This document shows, piece by piece, positions 37,176 through 49,582 of a stretch of DNA of 64,000 nucleotides. The notes beneath the pieces were generated by a model that did no database searches, was not told the DNA's origin, and saw only the letters and a program-made list of their open reading frames with translations. Both the position numbers and the translations under genes were made by a program. The stretch is taken from assembly GCA_964016885.1 (NCBI GenBank), contig OZ024743.1, forward strand, positions 65,906,001 through 65,970,000, written 5' to 3'. The first letter of the stretch is position 1, and each line of letters begins with the position of its first letter. Source of the stretch: Eledone cirrhosa (taxonomy: Eukaryota).

Positions 37176-37734
37176 AACTATGGATTAAGAAACAAAACAT
37201 ACCACAGTTTTTTTTTTATTATGCTTAAACAGTTTCTGAATTGAAAAAAATTAAAGGAATGTATTTTTTAAATGAAACGAATAAATGTTTTAGAAAGTCA
37301 GGTATACATTCATTTGAATACGTGTTGTATTTATTGAAATTGAATAAATATATTTCCTTTGCCTTACTATTTTACTTACCTATTATTATCAAGCAATTAA
37401 AGCTGAAAGAATACATCTTTAACATATGAAAAACAGTACTTTTGATAAACGTAAAAATATATATTTATATACTTCGACCGGTGAGGAAATATGTATATAA
37501 CAAACTGCAGGTGTAAATACCGTAAGCCTATTAATTTTCCGTGAGAGAAATTAATAATTTTAATGAAAAAAAAAAAGATTGATTATTTTTTTATACGATG
37601 TGTTTAATCTGTTTATTCAGACCGGGAGAAGGATCAGCTCCGCCAGGCTTTAAAATGCTTTAGAAATGCCATTACAACGCCTTTATGATTCCATCAGGAG
37701 TTACTGGTTGATTCATGCAGGCAAATACAAATAA

Positions 37735-37952
37735 CGTTTCTGATTTAGGCACGAGGCCAGCAATTTTACGGGAGGGGAAAGGTCGATTAAATTTTTACCC
37801 AGTCCGTTACTGGTACTTTATTTTATCGACCTCCATAAGGATGAAAGGCAAAGCTAACCTCGGCGGATTTGTATTCAGAACATAAGGGGCCGTTACTATA
37901 TGCCCCAAAGCATACCCCTAACGCTCTACCAATTACTGCCAATCCACTGCTC
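37735..37952 (-). mobile_element. SINE
   Basis: TACTGGTACTTTATTTTATCGACCTCCATAAGGATGAAAGGCAAAG...TACTGCCAATCCAC. Confidence 0.85.
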
Positions 37953-38274
37953 TCACTAAATACAAATAACATGATCACTATTCCCATTTTCTGGTACCCC
38001 CATTTGTGATTATTATGTCATCAACTTTTTTTTATGTATTTTCATTTTGAAATTCAACAATTAGTTAAAATGGAATGACTTAAATGACGTAAGTTTGTGC
38101 ATGATTGGGGCCCACTTTCGAGGAATTTTCGTAAGTCATTGCGTATGCGTTAAGATAAATCAGTATAGAAATGAATTTTATAATTATATAGCCTACACAC
38201 ACATACACACACTCACAGACATACACTCACGCACACATAAATAGACAGATATGCATAAATATATCTGTTTGAAT

Positions 38275-38515
38275 ATATGGGCTTGTGGCTTGAATGTCTT
38301 AGGAGAGAATCGCTGGATAGATGTTGCGGGCAAAACCAACTGACAGGACAGCCAGCGGTAGAGTACGAGCAAGATAATTGGAAAACATCCATGAGCTTAG
38401 ATGGTCTCGCTTGAGGAACCAGCCGGATCAATTGGAAACGGTTGCTTCTGACAGGACCCACTGGGAGGAGTGTTTGAAGATTCTGCCCCTCATGACCCTC
38501 TCAGGAATAAGTGAG
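38275..38515 (+). mobile_element. Short degraded RTE-type LINE 3' fragment
   Basis: VLRAKPT...GRVRAR*LENIHELRWSRL...LETVASDRTHWEECLKILP resembles RTE C-termini. Confidence 0.55.
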
Positions 38516-38784
38516 AAGAATATTGATGTATGTCGAAATATGTTTGTATCAATCTATCCATCCTTACGACTATGTTGTATGTTTTCCTCTATGTGTGAGT
38601 TTGTGTAAGCACAAACACGTGTATGAGTGCGATGTCACACACGTGTGTTGAACGTCTTTGTGTTTAAACTACTAAATGTGTATGTGTACGAGTATGCGTA
38701 CTATGGCGTGTGTATGCAAGTATGCTTATCTGATTTCTAAATGAGTTTCTCTTTACGTTCGTGTAGAACAAATATGTTTAAGTG

Positions 38785-38788
38785 GTAG

Positions 38789-38819
<31 letters not shown>

Positions 38820-38854
38820 GTAGACTTAGTAGTAGTAGTAGTAGTCGTAGTAGT

Positions 38855-38892
<38 letters not shown>

Positions 38893-38908
38893 TAGTAGTA
38901 GTAATAGC

Positions 38909-38964
<56 letters not shown>

Positions 38965-39120
38965 AAGTAGTACTAGTAGCAGCAACAGCAGTAGTAGAAG
39001 CACTAAGAGCAGCAATACTAATAGTATTATTATTATTAGTAGTAATAATAATGGTAGTGGTTGTAGCAGCAGTAGGAGTAGTAATAGTAACAACAGCAAC
39101 AGCAGCAGTAGTAGTAGTTA
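38785..39120. repeat. (TAG)n/(CAG)n trinucleotide microsatellite
   Basis: Directly visible. Confidence 0.95.
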
Positions 39121-39518
39121 TCTAGGTTATGTTGACTTCTTTCTGGGCATTTACTTATATCCTTATTAAAGAATAATTCCTTTTGATGTTAGTCGGCAAA
39201 AGAAGGGAGCAAATAAGTTTGGTAATTAATAAATATATTTGCTTAAAAGAGGGACAGTTCTTTTGATCGGATCACGCAAATGAGATCAGAAAACAAAGTC
39301 TGGCTCAATTCTAATAAATTGAACTTGACTGCTACAGAACGTTTAACAGAAATGACACTTCTTTCACAGCATACATTTAAACTACTGTTGAAACAAGATC
39401 CATTGTGCTGAAAATGTCCCATGAAAAGTAGCTTAAAATCAGGCTTTAGCTAATTCTCAGTAACTTAAGTCATGTATGTATGTATGCATGTATGTATGTA
39501 TGTATGTATGTATGTATG

Positions 39519-39549
<31 letters not shown>

Positions 39550-39579
39550 TAATATGTATTTAATAATAATATTTTTTGT

Positions 39580-39720
39580 GCTTTTGGCACGGATCCAGCG
39601 ACTAGTCCAGCGCATTACTGGTACACTCTTTTGTTGACTCCGTGGGGATGAAAGGCAAAGTTGACCTCGGCGGTATTTAAGCTCAGAGCGTGGAGAGCCA
39701 TAGCTTTATGCTGTAAAGCA
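39580..39720 (-). mobile_element. Diverged SINE
   Basis: GGATGAAAGGCAAAGTTGACCTCGGCGGTATTTAAGCTCAGA. Confidence 0.75.
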
Positions 39721-39831
39721 ATTATAATAATACTGGACTGTAATACGAACGGCTTCAACTATACAAACTCTTGAAAGTCAACAGTTCACATAATCTTGTA
39801 ATCTTGTATCAGTAATGACGGTAATATATAT

Positions 39832-40838
39832 ACCAGATAGAAAAATGCGTACAGCAAAAAAAAGTAATATTGTTGGTATATAAACCTTTAAAAATACAGG
39901 ACAAGAAACTAAAATAAAACTTTAAAAGAATAGGACAAGAAACTAAGATAAAACTTTAAAGAATTGGACAAGAAATAAAACATTTTACAATAATATTAGT
40001 GGCAACATTTTTATTGGTAAAAAATCGAGTTCCACATTCATAGGCTCTGGGTTCCACATTCAGAGGTCGTCGTCAGACCGGGGGGATCATTTGATCCTGG
40101 TTTGAACACCAATTGGGCCATAACCATACCCCTATTTCATCATTCGGCGACACGCCTCATGTGTCATGCATAATGTGAATGGACCCATGGACCAGCAGCG
40201 GACGGTCTTGTCGTCCCGCTCATCCTTGATCTTGACCAACCCGTCCATCTTCTCCTTGCATCTTGTCCTTGAGTTCAAGTCCGGCAGTCCAGATGAATGC
40301 GTGCCACAGCTTTCTGGTACAGGAAGGGGGAGGAGGAGGACTGGAGGGATGACGGGACAGAGGGAGGAAGGACCGGTGGTTGAGGGAGGTGCCGTAGTCG
40401 GTGGTCAGAGTCGACATCTTGTCCCGGTCGTCTTCTCCATCTTCGTCTGGTGTTGCGGGACCAGAAGTTCATTCTTGGAGGAGACCTGCAGCTGCATCGG
40501 CCAATTCTTCTTGCAATGGTCATTCTGAAGGAGCAGAACTGCTCAGCCAACCAACCCCAACCAGAACCAACCGCTCAGGGGCAACGCACAATGAGAGCAT
40601 GACAATTATTATGAACTAATCAAGAAGATACTGGGGCATAGCACAGGAAACGAATAAAAAAATGTTGCCACTAATATTATTGTAACATATTTTATTTCTT
40701 GTCCAATTCTTTAAAGTTTTATCTTAGTTTCTTGTCCTATTCTTTTAAAGTTTTATTTTAGTTTCTTGTCCTGTATTTTTAAAGGTTTATATACCAACAC
40801 TATTACTTTTTTTTGCTGTACGCATTTTTCTATCTGGT
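39832..40838. mobile_element. Foldback/MULE-like element with terminal inverted repeats of about 185 bp and a GC-rich core
   Basis: ACCAGATAGAAAAATGCGTACAGC... (39832-40015) is mirrored at 40653-40838; three GGACAAGAAA sub-repeats per arm. Confidence 0.82.
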
Positions 40839-41959
40839 CTACTATTTTTTAAGGCAATGCAAGCAACAACTATCTAATAATTAAAAGATCATAGTGAATT
40901 ACTGACAAGTGATTGACATTTTAAAGTTCTTTTGAGTATAATTGCAATCTAGTTGAGGCAACTGGCTTAATGACAAAGCTAGTAAATCATGAATGCATTT
41001 GAGATGATTAGTGCATATTAGTGAATTGGTGAAACTTGTGCATTTCAATGGTGTTACGGATAAAAACTGATACTGCTGTCTACGACCTTTATATAGGATT
41101 GTCATGTTTCTCTGTATCTGCAATGTGGGTATACAAAATAAGAATTATGATATTAACTTTTATTTAAAATCCCCAAAAATGCTGTGCATGAAAACTTCAA
41201 AAAGTAATTCTATGTCTATTGATGACCTTTTAGTTGCTCATACTAATTTTGTAAAAGATTTCAAGCCAATAATCAGAATGATCTGGTATAATTTTTATGC
41301 AGATAAATGACTAATTAGTATAAAGGGCCATCCAGATATCATGTGGACACCGCGAACCAAAAATGGTCACATGATATCTGGATGGCTCCTAAGCATCCCC
41401 TCCACATGGCGGGGACATGGGTCATCATCGTGGAGCACTCACCTATTTTTAAAATATTAGACTATGATAAATGAATTTAGTTAAAAATACAATTTGAAAT
41501 ATATTAGATTACCTCCCCTTGTAATTACCTCGTAATTACCTCCCCTAGCGTCACGCTTACTACTCACTCACTTGAACACAAGATTTATCAGCAAACTTTG
41601 ATTATAAACTTTTTCCCGCTGGACCAAATTTCTAGATTTTTAAGCCAAAAGATGCGTAATGATCTACTGTTCATGCTCATATAAGTTTTATCTCAGTTAA
41701 ATAAAGTAGAGCCGCGCTGTACTGTCGTAAACAGACGATTGCCAACGAAAACACGACCACAACAATATTACTAAACGGACTACCGTCCGTTTAGGATATA
41801 TATGTGTGTGTGTGTGAGTAGCGTGTGTTTGTTTGTTTGTATGTATGAGTGTTGCTGTGTGCGCGCGTATGTATGCGTGTGTGTGCGCGCATATGTATGC
41901 GCGTGTGTGTATGTCGTACGTATAAGTGTCAATAAGTGAGTTTTTTTTTTGTTTTTTTT

Positions 41960-44900
41960 TGCGCGGGGACATAGAAATAATCGGGCTGGATGCCCGATCG
42001 CGCAGTTAAACCACTGGGAGTGAAGAACCCCTAGCCCTTATTAGGGCATTCTTCTAGGAGAAGGCATCTCAGGAAACTGGGTTAACTCCGACATAAAACC
42101 TGCGGCTCAGTAGTTACCTATGATGATGATCTTTTCTTCTTTTCGGGTTATAGCTACTGTCGCTCAGAGAGTGGGATTGGCTCAGTGCACAGTCTTTCCT
42201 CACTTTAAAAATATTCGTCACGCACAGGCACTGCACGAGTGCATTAATAATTATTAATAGTGTACTATTATTATTATTATTATTATTATTACTATTATTA
42301 TTACTTTTTTTTTTTTTTTTTTTTTTCCAATTCAATGATGTTCCAGAACAATGTAAAAGAGATAATTGGCAATTTAGGTTCTGGAACAAAAAAGATCATT
42401 GGCAATAAGGGCAGGGGCCCCAAGTTATCACAGCCTGGGCCCGCTCGTCATCGTGCCATTGTAATAGAGCCAAACAGGGCATTTAGTCTTGGCTGCTGCA
42501 ACGTACGGACGCTGCTTGACAGGGATTCCTTGGAGCGTCCTGAACGAAGGACCGCTCTTGTTGCAAAGGAGCTTCGACGTTACGATCTTGACATCGTGGC
42601 TTTATCTGAGACGAGGTTAGCTGGAGATGGTCATCTTACAGAATTTTGTGGAGAATATAGATTCTTCTGGAAAGGAAGAGATGAAGGAACCAGAAGAGAG
42701 GCTGGGGTAGGATTTGCTGTTAAGACTGCACTTGTGAATAAATTAGAAGAATTCCCAGTAGAGATTAGTGAGCGTCTTATGTCCATGAGAATTCCGCTGG
42801 ACAAAGGAAGATATGCGACTCTGGTGAGTGTGTATGCTCCAACTATGAATTCTGTCGATGAAGAAAAAGTGTCCTTTTACCATGCCTTGAAAGGTGTTTT
42901 AAGAAATATCCCTCAGGCAGACAAAGTCATCGTGCTTGGTGACTTTAATGCTAGAGTGGGTAGGGATTTTAACACATGGAATGTAATCGGTAGGCATGGG
43001 GTGGGAAAGTGTAACAACAATGGTATGCTCCTGCTGCAGATGTGTGAGGAGCTGGATCTGTGTGTTACCAACACCATGTTCCAACAAAAGAACAAATTCA
43101 AGACCGCATGGATGCATCCTGCATCTAAGGAATGGCATCTTTTGGACTACGTCCTAGTCAGGATGCGTGACAGACAGGATGTGCAGTGTGTTCGTGCTCT
43201 TCGTGAAGCTGAGTGCTGGACGGACCACCGCCTGGTACGCGCAAAAGTGAAACTAATCACTAAACGTAAAATCCGGGCACCTGGTGTTGCCCTGCCCAAA
43301 AGATTGAATGCTGCTCGTCTTAAGGATAAATATGTGAAGAGGACATTGGAAGAAGAGATGCAGGCTGCAGATCTTGGTGAGGATTGGCCGACCCTTAAAA
43401 AGTCGGTTTATGATGTAGGCAGGCGTGTTCTGGGATTGGTGCAGAGAAAACATCAGGACTGGTTTAATGAGAATGATGTACATATAGAAGACTTGTTGGC
43501 TGATAAGAGGCGTGCTCTGTCACGTTACTTGACGGCAAAACCACAGGAGAGGAATACGTTGCATAAGGAACTCAAGGATGTAAAATCACCTGTTAGGCGG
43601 AGTGTTTCTCAGATGAAGGATCAGTGGTGGAGTGAGAAGGCTGGTGAGATACAAACTGCGTCAGATTCCAATAACATAAAGCTGTTGTACAGTCTCTTGC
43701 GTGACGTTTATGGACCGTCTTCTTCTCTGGTGACACCGATTCGCAGCAAGGATGGCAAAGAACTTCTTCGTGACTCACAGGGAATTCTACGAAGGTGGCG
43801 AGAGCACTTTGATGATCTTTTGAATCAGCCGTCTGTCGTCAGTGAAGATTTCCTCAATCTCATTCCGGAAAGTCCTGTGAAAGTAGCTCTCGCAGAATCT
43901 CCGACGCTTGTGGAGGTTGCAGTGGCTATTTCGAAGCTGAACAGTGGAAGATCTCCAGGTATGGATGGCATACATGCTGAGCTCCTACAATATGGTGGTG
44001 AGAGCCTCCTGCAACATCTTCATTCTTTGTTTGGCAGGATATGGGCTAATGAATCCGTACCTGAGGACTGGAGAGATGCAGTAATGGTGGTCTTGTACAA
44101 GGGAAAGGGTAACAGGAATGATTGTGGGAACTACAGAGGTATATCATTGCTGTCTGTCGTAGGGAAAGTTTTATGTAGGGTGCTTCTGGACCGTCCGCTG
44201 ACACACATTGCAGATTGTGTTCTTCCTGAAAGTCAATCTGGTTTTCGTGCTGGACGCGGCACTACTGATATGATCTTCTCAGCTAGACAGCTCCAGGAGA
44301 AGTGCATGGAACAAGGCTTGGATCTGTATCAGATTTTTGTCGATCTGACAAAAGCTTTCGATACTGTTAACAGAGATGCATTATGGAAGGTTCTCCAGAA
44401 ACTTGGTTGCCCTGATAAGTTCCTTGCTTTAGTTAGGTCTTTCCATGACGACATGAAGGCTTGGGTTAATGTCGGAGGTAACATGTCGGAGCCTATCTCA
44501 GTAAAAAAGGGAGTGAAACAGGGGGATATTCCAGCACCGACCCTGTTTGCCATATACTTTGCAATGGTTTTCTGTATTGCATTCAGGAATTGCGAGCATG
44601 GTGTTTACATCCAATATCGAACCTCAGGCAGCATATTTAACATCAGGCGCTTTGCTGCAAAGACAAAAGTATTTACATCAAGAAAACTGTCGTCATGTAC
44701 CAACCTACCCCAGGTAAGCTGTACAGTGAACCAAATATCTATGTGTATGGTAAACGACTTGGAGTGGTTGATCAGTTTGTCTACCTGGGAAGCACTGTCA
44801 ATCGATACAGCAACCTTGACAGTGAAATCTCACTTAGGATTAGGAAAGCAAATGATGCTTTCGGAAAGCTAGAAAGGCGACTCTGGGGTCGGCGAGACAT

Positions 44901-45950
44901 ATGCAGGAGGACAAAGGTAAAGATGTACAAGGCATGTGTGCTCTCTTCTCTTCTTTATGCCTGCGAGACCTGGGTCACATATCGACACCACCTTAAGAAA
45001 TTGGAGCGTTTCCATCAGATGTGTCTCAGACGGATCCATGGCGTTCACTGGAGGGACCACATCAGTGATGTCGAGATTTTGGAAAGCTCTATGTGTGACA
45101 GTATAGAAGCTCTTGTGCTTAAGCAACGACTCCGTTGGAGTGGTCACCTTGCCAGGATTAAGGATTCTAGAATACCAAAACAACTCTTTTATGGAGAGTT
45201 GGTTAAAGGAAAACGACCGCCACATAAACCAAAAAAGAGGTATAAGGATTCCTTGAAAGCCTCTTTGAAAGACGCTAACATCTCTGCTGATACATGGGAA
45301 AATATTGCTGCTGATCGTAATAAATGGAGAAAGACTGTATATGAGGGAAAAGTTGCCTTTGAGGCATCTCGAATCGCATACGAGAAAGTAAAGCGGGATG
45401 TGAGGAAGGGCATTGCTGTTGCACTTCCAGACGGCGAGGGTCCTCCTATGGTGCTGACATGCAGCGTCTGTGCGAGACTCTGTCTAAGCAAAGCTGGACT
45501 CGAAAGTCATCTTCGCAGTCATAAAGTAAGACCAGTGGTTGACTACCAGGCTGCTGTTGGAGATGCTACTCATCATGCTTGCCAAACATGTGGTAGAGAA
45601 TGTAAATCAGCAGGAGGGCTCAAGCGACATGCAAAAGTACATGAACTCCAGCCACAGCCGACTATTCCCAGTGAATGTTTTGGTTGCCGACTCTGTGCAA
45701 GACATTTTAGATCATTGGCTGGGCTAAAAAGCCACATTCGATCGCAGCGCTGTTAGTTGCTATCGTGTGTATGTGTGTGTGTGTGTATAGATATGTTTAT
45801 GTGTGTGCGTGTATGTGTGTATATATATGTATATGTATATTATTATTGTTGTTGTGTTATTATTATTGTTGTTATTAGTATTATTATTATTATTGTTATT
45901 AATGTATATGTGTGTGTTTGTGTATATATGTGTGTGTATATATGTATATG

Positions 45951-46001
<51 letters not shown>

Positions 46002-46290
46002 CTTTTTTTTTCTTTTTTATTTATTTATTAATTTCTTTATATCTTTTTTTAATTTATTTATTTTTTTTCTCCTCGTGCAATGGCCATACTCGATAACGAG
46101 GGGGCAGCCATCATGTATGTATGTATGTATGTATGTATGTATGTATGTATGTATGTATGTATGTATGTATGTATGTATGTATGTATGTATCCTGCAATGG
46201 CCATACTCGATATCGAGAGGACAGCCATCATGTCTGTATCTATGTATGTATCTATATAAGTATGTATGGATGGATGTATGTATACATGTG
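41960..46290 (+). mobile_element. Near full-length RTE-clade LINE with an internal RT deletion and a duplicated 3' end
   Basis: 5'UTR, APE endonuclease, RT, three C-terminal zinc fingers; 3' stem-loop plus (ATGT)n at 46077 and again at 46195. Confidence 0.93.
42470..45756 (+). pseudogene. RTE ORF (endonuclease-RT-zinc fingers), frameshifted by a deletion at about 44675-44679
   Basis: CNVRTL, ALSETR, VYAPT, LGDFNARVG, TDHRLV, NYRGISLLS, FVDLTKAFDTV, GVKQG are present; the [YF]ADD motif is absent; reading continues in ORF 44695..45756. Confidence 0.9.
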
Positions 46291-46291
46291 T

Positions 46292-46662
46292 CTTCTAGGA
46301 GAAGGAAAACTCTAATATAACACCTGCAACTCTGATGGTATCCAATGATGTTGACTTGTTCTTTTTGGTAAATATCATCTTGGTTAAGAGAGTCGGACTG
46401 CCTTTGTGCAGTGCCTTTGCTCACTATAAAAGCTTCACGGTACAGGCATTGCTTTATATCTGGAGATCTCTCTGCACTTGTCGTCACATGGTACCATGAG
46501 CCCAGCACTATGTGTCAATAATTGTCACAAGTGTAGTGTTTGTACCAGAGTTTTCAAGTCGCTGGCTGGACTAAATGTCACACTCGTTCAGCGCATCGGT
46601 AGGGTTCTCTTACATGGATATAAAGTAGTGGCCGTACTAGAAAACGAGTTGGCAGTCACCAT
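46292..46662 (+). mobile_element. Bipartite non-autonomous RTE-type element, copy E, in the RTE's (ATGT)n tail
   Basis: Matches about 2002-2376. Confidence 0.88.
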
Positions 46663-47015
46663 GTATATATGTATGTATGGACACTGTCTGATGACACCTC
46701 ATGGCCAAGTCTATGTTCACCATAGGTGAATGAATGTAAGGCATCTTCTTGAAGATATCATTATACCTATATATATATATGTACTGACACATATATATAT
46801 ATATATAGCATATTGTTTTTTGTATCTCTCTCTGTTTCTCTCGAAATATGTGTGACTGTGTGTCTAACGAGTTCGCATCCCAATCTAGCGGTTCTGAGCT
46901 AAGTAAGTCGTGGTGTACGGCACCAAAGTCTTGTGGCTAAATTTAGTAAAGAGAACCGTTACCAGATGAATACACAGAAACACACCACACCCTCTTTGTT
47001 TTATATATATATATC

Positions 47016-47130
<115 letters not shown>

Positions 47131-47206
47131 CGAAGGAATAGTGGTAAGGAACCAGATGGACCATAACGCCCTAGAGTACTCAATACGTAGGGTAGGAGAG
47201 TGGGTA

Positions 47207-47318
47207 ATAGGAAAAAGTATGACCCCGACGGCAGAGCTCAAGCCGTTTCGACGGCTATTTCTAGAAATAGCCGTCGAAACGGCTTGAGCTCTGCCGTCGG
47301 GGTCATACTTTTTCCTAT
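47207..47318. repeat. Perfect 112-bp palindrome
   Basis: 56-bp arms, no spacer, centre TTTCT|AGAAA at 47262/47263; checked base by base. Confidence 0.95.
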
Positions 47319-47423
47319 ATATATATATATATATATAGTAATAATAATAAATGTGAAGACTAAAATCCGAAGAGGGCTGGATAAGGATAAATATATATCA
47401 AATATATAAAAACCATAGAGCAA

Positions 47424-47572
47424 ATATTTATTAAAATAATAGATTAAAGTTTAAGCAAAGAATCGCTGCTTTCACCCTTTACGGGATCTTCTGAAACACT
47501 GAGTTTCACAAGATCCCGTTAAGGGTGAAAGCAGCGATTCTTTGCTTAAACTTTAATCTGTTATTTTAATAA

Positions 47573-47576
<4 letters not shown>
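47424..47576. repeat. Near-perfect hairpin with 74-bp arms and a 5-nt loop
   Basis: AAAGTTTAAGCAAAGAATCGCTGCTTTCACCCTT ... AAGGGTGAAAGCAGCGATTCTTTGCTTAAACTTT; three mismatches seen. Confidence 0.92.
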
Positions 47577-47610
<34 letters not shown>

Positions 47611-47617
47611 CCATATA

Positions 47618-47680
<63 letters not shown>

Positions 47681-47863
47681 GAAGACGTACTGGACAAAAA
47701 ACAACACAGTACCTTCGAAATATATTTTGATTATGAGAATATCTTCACTTGTTAATATTTTGAATAATATTAAAACTCCAGGAATATTTCATTGTTGAGT
47801 GCTTTTAATCTATTGTAAAACTGTATTCATTGATTAGTCAATGAACCATATTAATCTCTGGCG

Positions 47864-47955
<92 letters not shown>

Positions 47956-48194
47956 TAATATACATATATATCGCCGGCAGATCGGAACTGTAGAAACTGG
48001 TGCATCTGTTCGGATAACTCCAATTTCCTACCCACACGAAGTTGTTTTTATCAATCATTGACGTATAAGCGTACACCTTAATTGGTTAGGCTTGTATTTT
48101 AATGATACAGACTTAAATGAATTATTGAGTGAGAAAGTGACCGAGGCTGATCGATAAGCTTCGTTTCATAATTATATATACATAAATATATATG

Positions 48195-48322
48195 TATGTA
48201 AAAAGTAAAGAGAAATAACAACACAATCGGTGTTGTTATTTTTGTATATGGAAGGGATATGTTAGGTTAACGCTTGATATAACAGTAAGAGGGTCTTAAC
48301 GTTTCGGACGCTAGTCCTTCAT
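48195..48322 (-). mobile_element. Solo Penelope pseudo-LTR fragment with truncated hammerhead motif
   Basis: Reverse complement of about 57574-57690 (ATGAAGGACTAGCGTCCGAAACGTTAAGACCCTC). Confidence 0.8.
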
Positions 48323-48352
48323 ACACACATTCATTCATACATACATACATAC

Positions 48353-48704
48353 ATGGTGGCTGCCAACTCGTTTTCGAGTACGGCCACTACCTTATATCCA
48401 TGTAGGAGAACCCCTACCGATGCGCTGAACGAGTGTGACTTTTTAGTCCAGCCAGCGACTTGAAAACTCTGGTACAAACACTACACTTGTGACAATTATT
48501 GACACATAGTGCTGGGCCCATGGTACCATGTGACGACAAGTGCAGAGAGGTCTCCAGATATAAAGCAATGCCTGTGCCGTGAAGCTTTTATAGTGAGAAA
48601 AGGCACTGCACAAAGCCAGTCCCACTCTCTTAACCAAGATGATATTTACCAAAAAGAAGAACAAGTCAACATCATTGGATACCATCAGGGTTGCAGGTGT
48701 TATA
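48353..48704 (-). mobile_element. Bipartite non-autonomous RTE-type element, copy F
   Basis: Reverse complement of about 2025-2376. Confidence 0.88.
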
Positions 48705-48794
48705 TACACACACGCATACATACATACATACATACATACATACATACATACATACATACATACATTCATATAGACACACATAGATGTTTAGAAA

Positions 48795-49100
48795 GGGAGA
48801 GAGAGTTGGGAGAAAGAAAGAGTGAGAGAGAGTGAGAGAGAGAGAATGAGCGAATGTGGCTGCCTGGGAGAGAGAGCGAGAGAGGAAGAGAGAGAGAGGG
48901 GTGGAGGAGGAGATAGAGAGATCTGATAGAGAGAAGAGGGAGAAAGAGAGCTGAGAGAGAGAGGGAAAGAGAGATAGAGAGGGATAGAGGGAAAGAGAGA
49001 TAGGGAGGGAGAGGGAAAGTTGAGAGAGAGAGAGGGAGAGAGTGAGAGAGAGAGAGAGAGAGAAAGAGAGAGTGAGAAAGAGAGAAAGATAGATAGATAG

Positions 49101-49141
<41 letters not shown>

Positions 49142-49582
49142 ATCTGAGAGAGAGAGAGAGGGAGAGAGAGCGAGAGAGGGAGAGAGATAGAGAGAGCTGA
49201 GAGAGAGAGAGAGGGAAAGAGAGATAGAGAGAGAAAGAGAGATAGAGAGCGAGATGTAAAGCTGAGAGAGAGAGTGAGTGAGAGAGAGAGAGCGAAAGAG
49301 AGAGCGAGAGAGAGAGAAAGATAGATAGATAGATAGAGAGAGAGAGGGGGATCCGAGAGAGAGAGGGGGAGAGAGAGCGAAAGAGGGAGAGAGAGATCTC
49401 AGAGAGAGCGGGAGAGCTGAGAGAGAGAGAGATAGAGAGAGATCTGAGAGAGAGAGAGGTGGAGAGAGAGCTGAGAGAGAGAGAGGGATAGAGATAGAAA
49501 GAGAGAGAGTGAGAGCTGAGGGAGAGAGAAAGAGTGAGAGAGAGAGGGAGAGAGAGAGAGAGAGTGAGAGAGAGAGAGAGAT
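48795..49582. repeat. Long degenerate (GA)n polypurine tract
   Basis: Directly visible, about 790 bp. Confidence 0.95.

Noticed and set aside
37621-37690. Possible plus-strand exon (REKDQLRQALKCFRNAITTPL*) after TTTATTCAG
   Set aside because: No partner exons or recognisable homology; consistent with chance
39899-39980. Regularly spaced repeats of about 33 bp resembling a CRISPR array
   Set aside because: No unique spacers, no cas genes, eukaryotic context; they are sub-repeats of a terminal inverted repeat
42260-42470. N-terminal poly-Y/poly-F extension of the RTE ORF
   Set aside because: It comes from a (TAT)n/poly-T tract; recognisable RTE protein starts near 42470
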